Origin: a virus
Taxonomy: Duplodnaviria > Caudoviricetes
Reading direction: 5' to 3' (one strand)
IMG/VR virus record: IMGVR_UViG_3300041986_000079
Span: 1-64,000 of that record
DNA length: 64,000 nucleotides
The position numbers and the translations under genes were made by a program. Numbering within the stretch: the first letter of the stretch is position 1; the number at the start of each line of letters is the position of its first letter. Shown here piece by piece: positions 28,408-40,400 of the stretch. Under the pieces are notes generated by a model that was given only the letters and a program-made list of their open reading frames with translations, did no database searches and was not told the DNA's origin.

Positions 28408-31400
28408 ATGGCAGAAGAAAGTCAACCATTACTTACTACGCAACCTAATATCCAAGAAGTAGATTTAGCATCTTATCAACCAATTGCAACTACAGATCCG
28501 TTAGCTAATGCTGAACTGGAAAGTACGTTCATGGCATCTGATGCTTTAGTTAAAAGCTCTATTGCGGATTTGAAACAAAGCTTATCAGCACCAACTGCTG
28601 ACGAAATGCTTCGTCCTATTGGTTATGATCCTATTGCTACAAACAAAGATCGTTATACTAACTCAGAATATTTTGGGCAGTTAGGTTTTAATCCGTTCAG
28701 TAACAACGAAGAGATTTACGGTAACGCACAAGGCAATCTTAACAAGTTAAAGAATGCTTTTGTTGGTATGGGACAACTAGCTTGGGATCAAGCGGTTGAT
28801 CAGTTTAAAAGCTGGGGGGATACATTTGATGTATTAGGTTCACAAGATATTAGTGAAGCATTTAAACAAGCAGAGATGGAAGAGATATCTCGCCGTCAAA
28901 ACGCTATGTTTAATGCTAATCCTATCTTTGAAACACAAGCTGATAGAGAAAGTGTATTTAACTTTAATACTATTGCAACGACGTTACAACAATCAGGTTA
29001 TGCTGTTGGTGCAATGGCAGAGATTGCTGCAGAAGAAGTTGCTTTATCGTATTTAACAGCTGCTACTTTTGGTGGAGCTGCAGAATTACAAGCAGCACGT
29101 TCAATGAAACTTGCTAGTAACATTGCAAAAGCTGCTCGTAGAACAACTGAATTAGCTGAAAGTATTCACACTACTTCAAACATGCGTAAAGTATTTAACG
29201 CAGTAAATAAAGTAACTAAACTAGTTAATCCAGTTGATAATGTAATGGACTTTGCTTCTAGCTTTAAAGCTTTAAGTAGGGCTGATGAATTAGCACAAGG
29301 AGTTGGTACAGCTGCAAGATTACGTACTGCAGCTCGTGGGTTTGGTGCTTTATATAGAGATGTTAGAGAGTTTAACTTAGCAGTATCTGAAGCAAAAGCT
29401 GAAGCTGCAGGTACTTATTCAGAATTATCACAATCAATGTCAGATAACTTTGAAACAAACTATGGTAGAAAACCAACTGACCTTGAGTTAAAAGATATCA
29501 ATGAGCAAGCGTTAAAAGGAGCTCAAGCTAATGGTGCGGCAAACACTGCGATCATTATGATGTCTAATAAGCTTTCTTTTGGTAATATCCTTAAAGGGTT
29601 TAAGCCACTACGTTACATGATGGATGAAGATATCATGAAAGGTTTGGCTGTAGTAACAGATAAAGATGCTTTAAAGCTAGGTAAGAAAGTAATCGAAGCT
29701 AGTGATAACAGATGGTTATACTATAAGAATGCTATTATAAGCAACCCACTAAAGTATGTTGGTGCTAACTTATCTGAAGCATTACAAGAGAATGCACAAA
29801 GTATTTCAAACGATGCAGTTAAGTCATGGTATATGGCTAAGTATAACGGTCAAGAGTTAGACTCAAAGTTTGACGGTATTAGACAAGCAGCTGCTAATCA
29901 GTTTACCGTTGAAGGAGCAAAGACATTTATATCTGGTTTCTTTACAGGTTCTTTATTAGGAGCAGGTGCTAAAGTATTTGAACAAGCTGGTTCTATTCAG
30001 CAATATCTTTCAGATAAACAAGGATATACTGATCGTCAAACAAAAGAAGGTACTGCACGTACATCAATAAAAGATACAATCAATGCTATCTATGCTAATC
30101 CTTTAGCTTATAGCTACTCAAAAGATAATGCAGCAGTTCAATCTAACTTTGCATCTTTATTAAAAGAAGCAGCAATAAACAAAGACAAGAAAGCATTCAA
30201 TGATATTCAAGATGATGCTACTCGTCAGTTTGTATTAACTGGTATTAATACTGGTATGTTAGATCTTTTGAATGATCGTTTAGTTGACTATACAAAGAAT
30301 CTAACAGAAGAAGAGTTTACTCAAGCATTTGGTGTTGAGTATACAAAAGAAAATCATGCTGACATGGTTAAGCAAGCTCAAGCATTTACGCAAAGAGCTG
30401 AGCAGATCAAAGATATCCATACTAAGTTATCAAGCGAGTATGCTAATCCGTTTAATCCAGGTAACTATAAATACGGAACAGAAGAGTACATAAAAGAAGG
30501 TATGAGTTATGTTGCTTATAAAGAAGCAATGAACCAGCTTACTTTTATGCAAGATACTTATCAGCAAGCTATTACAAGACAACAACAAGTTCTTGATAGC
30601 ATCAAGCGTAAACCTGGGTTTGAAAACGTATCCTTTACAGATATTTATAGTTTAACATCTCAACCAAAACTTGCGGAAGAGATCAGTCTTTTACAAAAAG
30701 AAGCGGATGCAACTGAAGATGCAAAACTAAAAGGTGAGAAGGAAGCTAAGATTAAAAGCTTAGAGAAGTATAACGAACAACTAGGTAAGTACTTAGATGA
30801 AGTTAATACTATCAACTCAAGTAAAAAGACGCCAGAGCAAAAAGCAACTGCTTTAAATAAAGCTCTTGATAAGTTTACATCAAAAGGGTTACCTGTATTT
30901 ACTACATTCATTAATGATCAGTTAGCAAAAGCTGGTAAGTTACCTATACAAGATAATAATGCTCGTTCAGCATTTGAAAATCTAACAGATTACTTCCACT
31001 TACAAAACGATCATGAAGCTTTATTAGAGAACATAAACTATATCATTGATCCTATTAACTTCTCAAAGTATCTTGATCGTCACAACGAAGAGATTGTTAA
31101 GCTCTTTGCTAAACGTATGGAGGAGAAGATTGAAGAGGAAGAAGAGACTCGTAAAGCAAACGCAAAGAAAGTTGCTGTAGATCCAGTAATGGATGATCTT
31201 GAAGGTGAGGGTGAAGGCATTGTTGATAACGAACAAGATACTTTTTATTCTCGTACAGGTCAAGATGGTAACAAGCCTTCATATGCAAGAGCAGGTTTAT
31301 TAAAAACAACGGGTAGTCATTTCCTTGATGATGATAAGACTGTAAACACAGAGAACAATAATCATAACTTCTTTAAGTTTACTGAGAGTGTTGCTATCCT

Positions 31401-34400
31401 TAACAATGATTATTACTTAGTTGCTATAACAGCTGATAATGATGACTTTGGTATTCGTCGTGAAGATAAGTTCAAAGAAGATATCAAGCTTATTGTTGTA
31501 AAGAAAGTAGAAGATGATTATTTCCCAGTTGGTACTGATGGTAACATCTTAGAAAATCCAACAAAGGATACTATTGTCTATACCTCAATGATGGGTAATA
31601 AGACATTGATGGCTGATATGTCTGATAAGAAGAACGCTGAAGCGGCTCTTAAGTATATCAAATCGATTTACAATGTTGAGGAACAATATGATGACGCAAC
31701 TATTATTGAAGAAGTAACATTACTTCAACAGTTTAGACAAGCAATACAGTCTGAAACAAAAGCAGGTAGACCTACAGTTCTTGATATTACTAGTGTAAGT
31801 AAAGGTGTTAAACGCTTTGCTGAATTAGATACTAATGGTAGACCAGTAGAGCAAGACTTACAAGGTATTGTTATTGATATGGATACTACTGACTTTAGAG
31901 ATCTTCGTCATCCAAGCGGAGAATCTTTGATGTTAAAGGTAGTTACTATAAAAGATGATCCTGAAGCTGAAAACGTAAGACCTGGTTCTATTGTCCTTAT
32001 TGGTAAAGAAACAAATCGTATACATAGAGTATATAATAGACAGTTATCAGAAGCTGAGATTGCTAATATTACTGGAGTATTGTCTTACTTTACTCAGTTA
32101 ATTGGTAATAAGAATCGTACTGCTCAACAGGATAGTGAGTTTATTGCTATAAAGAAATACTTATCTGGTGTTTTACATTGGGCTAGTCCATTAGAAGGAG
32201 AAGCAACTCCTTCAACAATGATGTACATTAGTGATGGAGCAATCTACCGCGGTGATCAAGGTATTAAGTTTGATTCTAAAACTATTGAGAAAAAGATGCC
32301 AGGTATGCTTCGTGGTACTTATCATTCTGTTAATAGTTCATTAGCAAGAAAAACTGATAAGTTTACTGAAGTGACTATGGTAGATGGTGTACCTCAGATT
32401 ACAGAGTACGCTAACTACAATGAATACTTATTAAGTAATGCTGATGGTAGAGTTCCTGTGTTATTCACAAATGAAAGACCGTATGACTCAAACCCAGCAT
32501 CATCTGAAGGTGTCCAGTTAGCAGGCCGTTATTTAGTTTATGCTCCTACAGAAGAAGTAGCTAGTGAAAAGAATACAGTAGCGAAAAATAAATCTCCTGA
32601 AACTGTAAAGAAAGATAAGCAAGAAGCTAACGAAGCATCTGTAAACGATAAAGGAGACCTTAAAGGGACATCGACTACTAATCCAAAAAGAAAGTGGAAA
32701 AGTAAAGCAACCACAGCACAAGACAACGTTGATTCAACAGCAGACGCTACACCAGTTGCAGATAAACCAGTTGAAGTATCTTCAGCTATTACTAGTATCT
32801 TAGATGCCGCTGATATTGAAAATATTAATCAAGCTGGTGCTGATGCAGTTGGTGAAGATATGTATCGTTTACAGCTGGGTCCTGTACGTCAAACAGAAGA
32901 CTTCTTTAAGTTAGCTGTATTCATGAAACGTGCTTTACCACAAGTACCTATCCATAAGATGGCAGATCTTATTGATAATAAAGCTTGGGGTGCTTTCAAG
33001 AATGGTGCAATCTATATCTATGAGAATGCTGAGATTGGTACTGGTTTCCATGAAGCTTTTGAGTCTGTATGGAATAGTTATTTAACTAAACAACAACAAG
33101 ACGAATTAGCAAAAGAGTTTATCAATCAATCTGGTACATTCACGAATCCATTTACTGGAGAAACAAAATCATACGCTGAAGCTAGTATGTATGATGTTCG
33201 TGAGATGTTAGCAGAATCGTTTAGAGATTATATGTTAACGGGTAATCTACCTATTAGCATGCCAGCAAAGCAAAAGACGTTCTTCCAAGAGTTGATTAAC
33301 TTTATTAGAGGGATCTTTGGTTTAAAAGAGCTTGAGTTTAATGAGTTTGAAAGTAAGATCAATAAAGTATTTACTGGTATCAACGAAGGTGAGTTTGCAA
33401 ATGCTGTACCTGTTCGTGATCTTAACAAGTTACAAACAGTATATCGTGCAATTCCTGGTACAAGCCAAGAGTTTACAAAGTACTTCTTAGATGGTGTAAC
33501 ATCTTTCTTCTTTAGAAACTTGTACATGAACAAGAAGAATATTGATGCTTTACTTGATGATAGTGCAGATACAAACGCTTTACTAGTTTCTTTATTCAAA
33601 CAATCTCTTGCTGATGCTGAAACATACACTAGAGGAGATAAGAATGAGTTCTTAGCTGAAGCTGTTGGAAGAGCAGAGACTAAGTTAAACCGTAAGTTGA
33701 CAGCACCTGAAAAGCGTGAGCTGTTCAACGCTTTACTTAATAATAAAAACACATTATTAAGCAGACATAAGAAGTTATATGATCAGTTAGATTCTGCTTT
33801 TGCAAACACAGAGCAGATATACGATCTATTCAAGACTCGTGTTAGTAAGTATGGTTTAATCTTTAAGCAATCAGACAATGACTTTAGCAGTGCAGATGCT
33901 GGTACAGATGAATTAAAAGTAACTGATAACTTAGGTATTAAAGATAGCATCACGATTGATCCACGTAAGTTTGGAGCAACAAACTTCAAGTTATTACTTG
34001 CTGGATTAACAGATGACTACTTTAATGCAAAGAAAGGTGAGATCTACTTCAAACGTAATCCGTTACAGTTACCAAAGTCTTTAAGCTACGATAGAACATA
34101 TGCTATCTTGTTAAATGAGTTAAACGGATCTGTTCAACACTTTAGAGATGGTAATATAGTTAATGCTATTGACCAGATGTTTGAACGTCTTGATGCTAAG
34201 TTTAAGATCAAGCCTGTTTCACCAAAGTCAAAAACAAAAACATATAAAGAAGGCTACGAGTGGGTTCAACGTCTAAAGGTTCGTCTTAAATATGAAGATG
34301 CTTTTGGTAAACGTGTATCAAGTGAGAACTTATCAGCTGATGATATTGAACTATTAGTTGGTTTTGAGCAGAGTTTATTAAAGATACAGAACAATCCTAT

Positions 34401-37400
34401 TCGTACAGTGTATGCAGAAGACGGTTCTATTATATCTGATGATTCTATCTTAACATCAACAACAAACGGTTTACGTGATATCTGGGCAGCAACTGCTTCT
34501 ACAGCTGCAAAACCATTAGCATTAAAAGGAAGTGATGAGCTTCTTGGTATTGATGATTCTGGTAATGTTGTGTTTGATACTCTAAGTAATCCGTATAAAT
34601 ACTTTATGTCACGTTTGACATCTGGTGGAACTATTGAAGATAAAGGAGAGGAAGCACTTGAGCGTTTAGGAATGATTGGTATTAGCTTTACTAATACTTA
34701 CTTTAATGCTGATCAATACAGAACTATCGTTAATGCTTATGCTGGTATTAAAGCTGGTATAACAAAAGGAGATATCTATAGCATCCAAACTTTGTTTAGT
34801 AAGACTGGAGCTAACGCTAGTATTACAGCATTACTTAATCTTCAGATTAATTCAACTTCTGAAGAGAATGTATTATCTCATATTACAGCTGATGGTGAAA
34901 CACAATATACAATTAGTAATCCATCAACAGCTGGGTACATTGTTAGTGCTATCAATACAGCAGCAACTCTAAAAGATTTAGTATTAGGTAACCCACAGTT
35001 TGGAACTGTAAACGAAGAGACTGGTCAAGTAACTTTACACCCATATCAACAACGCAGCTTACTACTTAAAGCAGGTGGTTTAGTGTTTGATGAGGACGGT
35101 AATAAGCGAATGATTGAAGTAGAGTCTTCATTAGAGCAAGGTACTAAAGTACCATTCACTATTGATTACAACTTAATCAGTGGTGTAATGACTGCTGGTG
35201 TTGAAGGTAAGACTACTGCTGACTTAACTGAACCAGATCGTTTAATGCAAGAGATTTATCACTTGACAAAGAACGTTTATTATACGGTTATTAACTCTGA
35301 TAAATCATCTGAGTTTGCATTATCATTACCAAAAGCATTCTTTGATATTGCAGATCTTACTGGACCAGACGGATTAAACAAAGTAAAATCAATCTATCAA
35401 GATCAGTTAGAAGATGAAGTTGATGCAGCTCTTGCTGAGTATGAGAGCAGTGCTAATATTCAGTATTATTCTCAAAAAGAAAAGAATGGTATAAACGATG
35501 TTAAAAAGTTAGGTCACTACAGAGATATCTTAGGTAAAGACTTAGTAAGCAAAGTTGCTGATATTGCTTCTGGTAAGCTTAACAAGAAAGTATTTGTTAC
35601 AAGTAATAATGTAACTCGTGCGTTAAACGAACACATTGCAAAAGGAGCTAAGGATACTATTGCAGAGTTGGTTAAGCATGATATAATCATAAAGAAAAGC
35701 AACGGTACATATGCATCATTAAGTTTAGATGCAGCATTCTTAGAGAAGTATCTTGGTGTATCTGATCCATACAAGATAACAGAAACACAAATCACTAACT
35801 TAGCTACGTTCTTATTTGTTAATAAAGAGATTGCTATTACTGAGCAGCATAAGTTATTGTATGGTCACCCAGCATTATACAAAGACTTACCAAAGCGTTC
35901 AAATGGTATCAACTCTACAAAAGACGGTATCACTGATAATAAAACTGTTCGAGCTTGGATGGATAAAAACATGCCACGTCTTGACGGTAAAGTAAGATCT
36001 AGTGAGAGTGTAGCAACAATGAAGAACCGTACTTTTGATGATATCACAGTATCTGCTTTAAGAGCTAAAGAATATGCTGAAGTTATTTATCAAGGTATGA
36101 TTGCTAATGGTGTTAAACCAGAAGCTGCATCAAAGAAACTAGGTGTTACTTTTACAAAAGAAGGACAGTTCAGTAAGTTTATTCTTGATGAGAAAAACGG
36201 TTTTACAGGTGAGATAGCTAAGTACTTAGAAATCAACGAAGCAGATGGTCAAGCATGGATTATGCCTGATATGTATCGTGACTTATTATTCTTAAGTAAG
36301 AAGTTAACACGTCAGCAAAAAGCTCAGATTGAATATGAGATGGCTTATGAGATTGTTACTAGAAGTAATAAACCAGAGGGTCATCCTGCAAAAGCAACTT
36401 ATGATGCTGCTGTATTAGCAAAAGCAAATGAGACATTAGCAAAAGGCAATCCTGGTGCTATCTTAAACGTAATCAAACCACAGTACTTTGGTTATGCTAT
36501 TGACAACAAGTTAATGCATACCGTTTTCTTAAAGAACTCAGCTCAACCTAAGTTCTATAGATTTGTTGAAGGTACTGCGTTTGAAGAGTTTTATGTTGCT
36601 GCTCAAGATGCTCAAGATGATATTATCAACTTAACGTCTGGTCAAAAGGTAGGTGCTACTTTAAATAGTCAAGGTGGATTTAGTTCTATCTACGATGATA
36701 AAGGTAATGTTAACCTTAATAGAGATTCAAAAACAGGTAAGTTATCATTCAAAGATGCTCCATCACAAACGTTAATCATGCGTTACTTTGGTATTCAGCA
36801 AGAAGTACCTTCAGTATTTAAGCATGCAGTAGTTCGTGGTACTCAAGTATCTAAGTTGATCATGTCTAACTTTAGAGTTAGAGGTAAGTATACATCAAAA
36901 GAATCTGAAGCGTTAGTAAAAGAATACAACGATATCATGATTGAGATGGTAAAGATAGGTAAGAAGTCTTTACTACAAGAGTTAGGTTTAACAGAACAAG
37001 CTAACGGTAATTACAAAGCAACAGATCTTTCAAAGATTGTTACTGTATTGCGTAATGAGTTAAAGCAGCGTGAGCTACCTGATAACGTTGTTGATGCTAT
37101 TAATACAATCATAAACGAAGAAGGTTATACTGAACTAGAGTATACACTTGATTCATCAACTGCACGTGAGAAGATAGATAATATCTTAAACGCTATTGTT
37201 GACTCAAGGGTTATCTCTGAGAAGATGCCAGGTAAACCTTTGGTACAGGTAGCTAATACGATGTTTGAAACAAAAGGTCGTTCATTTGTATACCTAAAAG
37301 ATAATGTCTACACAACTATCGAAGCTTCAAAGCTAGATACATTATCAGAAGCAGAGAAAGCAACTGTAAGAATGGTATCAAGCGATTTATCTTTCTACAA

Positions 37401-40400
37401 AAAAGGTACTGGTAAGAAAGCAAAGACTTCATCAATGGAGGTTTACTTACCATGGTTTATGGAAGATCTTGTACCGTCGTCAGAGTTAAAGTTAGTTAAC
37501 GGTATCTTAGAGGTAGGTAAGTATGAAATCGATCCTGCTTTATTAAAAGCTATTGGTTTCCGTATCCCAACACAGGGTATGAACTCTATTGATAGTATTA
37601 CAGTCAAAGGATTCTTACCAAAAGAGATGGGTGATATGATTGTGTTACCATCTGAGATCACTGGTAAATCAGGTTCTGACTTTGATATTGATAAGATGCA
37701 AGTATACCTTGCTAACCATTATAAAAATGGTAACAAGATTATTGCATACAAGTGGCAAGGTAATGCTGAAAAGACTAAAGCGTACTACGAAGAGTTGTAT
37801 GACAAGGGACAATTATTATCACCGTCTGACTTAGAAAAGATTGAGAAGTTCAAAGCAAAAGAAGCATCAACACCAGAAGGACGTATGATTCTTGCTATGG
37901 TAAGTAGCATGCTTGGCGAAGATAGTATTGCGGTTAGCTGGTTAGAAGGATTAAAGAATGCTGACGAGCGTAGAGCTAAGATTGTTGAAGCTTCTGTTAA
38001 AAAGGCTATACAAAACCGTTACATTGAAGTAATGAATGACTTAGTTACTCTACCAGAGAACTTTGCTCAGTTAATTACTCCTAATACGACAGCAACGCTT
38101 AAAGGATTAGCAAATACCATTAACAAGTTAAAAGGTAAAGAAGACGATGAGAGTTTAGGTTATGCAAACTTAAGAAGTATTGTTGCCAGCTCACGTATCC
38201 GTCATAGATTCGTTAGTGGTAAAAAGCTTGTTGGTATTGCAGCTTTGCAAATTACATCTCATATTATGTCTCAGATTGCTGGAACAAAGCTTTCTGGTTT
38301 ATATAATCCTGAGCGTATCTATTATCTAGTAGGTAAAGGTATTAAAGAAAAGACTATCAACATCCGTTTGAATAATAGCTCTAACAAAGAACTATCATTG
38401 TCATTAACGGTTACTCAGAATGGGTCATTGATCTCTGACTTATTTAACGAAGCCTTATCAGGATTTGTTGATGCAGCAAAAGATCCATTTACTTTTGACC
38501 TTAACTTAACTATGGATACTGCGTCAACGTGGTTCTATATGCAAAGATTAGGTATTGACGTTGAGGATATTGCATACTTCTTTAATCAACCAGTATTAGA
38601 TAAGTACTTTAAAGGTGTTGCTTCAAACAAGTCTTACTTCAAAAAGATTAAAGACTTCAAGGTATACAACAAAATGCTTGCGTTAGAATCTGCTGATGAA
38701 TATCTACAGTACATTCAAACTACACCTGAGTACTTAGAGATTGCTCGTGAGTTCGGTTTAGGTAAGCTAAAAGGAAGTATCCTTAATATCTATAGAGACG
38801 CTGAAGAATCAGGTGAGTACAAGTTAATGAAAGCACTTGACTTAATGCTTCAGAAGATTTATACTACTGCTCAAGATCGTAGTAAAGTAATATCAACTGA
38901 TGAGTTAGTTTCTAATATAAAAGAAGGAGCAACTATTCAAGGGCAGTTAATGGCGGTTGGTTTAGCAGAAGAGGGAAGTGAAGAAGAAACAAGTATGTTA
39001 TCAGGACTTTCTGAGTACGGATGGTCTCAGATTGGTGTATTAGCAGATTACTTAGAATACTCTGTTCAAGGTAATCAGTTAAACGATTATATCAGAGCTC
39101 AAGGTTACGATAACAAGAAATCAAAGAACATTAGAACAAACAAGATTCACCAGTCACGTTGGAACAAGATTGTTAAGGATGGCTTTATTGCTAATCCAGA
39201 AGATCTATTAAACAATACGTTTATTGGTGCAATGAAAGAACAAAAGGAATCAATCATCAAGATGTTTGAACCTTTCTTTACATTGCTTGATCGTCGTTTA
39301 GATAAAGTGTTTGATCCATTAATGCGTCAACTTGAGTCAGATGTATTTATGACTGGTGCTGATATGGATGACTTAGTTGAGAAGTATCAAAACTTTGTGT
39401 TTAACTACATTATCCAGAACACAGTATATAAGAATGCATCAGGTAAAGATGTTCGTGTTAATCGCTTCAAGAAGATGTTCTTTGGAAAAGAATCTTGGGC
39501 TATGAAGCTTCGTGATTTTAGAGAGAGTGAGGATGCAATGGTCAGAAATAACTTGTTTATCAAGAACCTTGTACCTATCATCTCATCTAATGAAGAGATG
39601 CCAGATAATATCAAGAACTTAAGAAGTACAGAAGACATAAATGATATCGTCGATTCAGCAAAAGAATTATTACAATATGCTGAGAACACAGGTAATCAGG
39701 AGTTAGCAGATTTCTTGAAGCAGATGGCTATTTTTGGTATCTTACAAACAGGTTTCCAAAAGAACTATAACAACTTCACGCCATTCTTACCAGTTGAGAT
39801 CTATTCTGAATTGTTAAAGAATATCTTGACACGTTTTAATACAACAGTTGATGTTGACTTTAATCCTGATGTTATTTGGGAACAGTTCCATCAGAATATG
39901 TATTATGATAATAGCGTAGTTCCTACTCCACGTTTCTATAAGTATCAAAAAGGTACAGACAATATTCTTATCTCTGCTGATTCAACAGATGTTAATCTTG
40001 ACTATGTTAAGCGTAATGTTGTTGTAGTAAAAGATAAACGTGAACAAGCTCAACTTATTCGTAATGGTAGACGTGATGAGATCTTTAACACTATCTTGTA
40101 TAAGAAAGGTGGCTTAACTGCAGAAGGTGAGTATATATACGAGCCTATTAATAAAGCAGGTCTTAAGTATAGATTAACAGAAGTATCGATAGATCCTTTT
40201 GCTCAATCAGTTATCAAAACTAATAGTGCAAATAGTACTGGAGCATCTTCATTAAAGAAGACTAGTAACAATGTTATTGAGGCATTATTAGAAGAAGATG
40301 AAGATATTTCAGCAGAGAAGACAGGTGCTCGTCCAGTAGGATTAGATCTTAACACTACACAAAATGCTTCTAAGCTTATTCTATCTGGTGAGAAGACACG

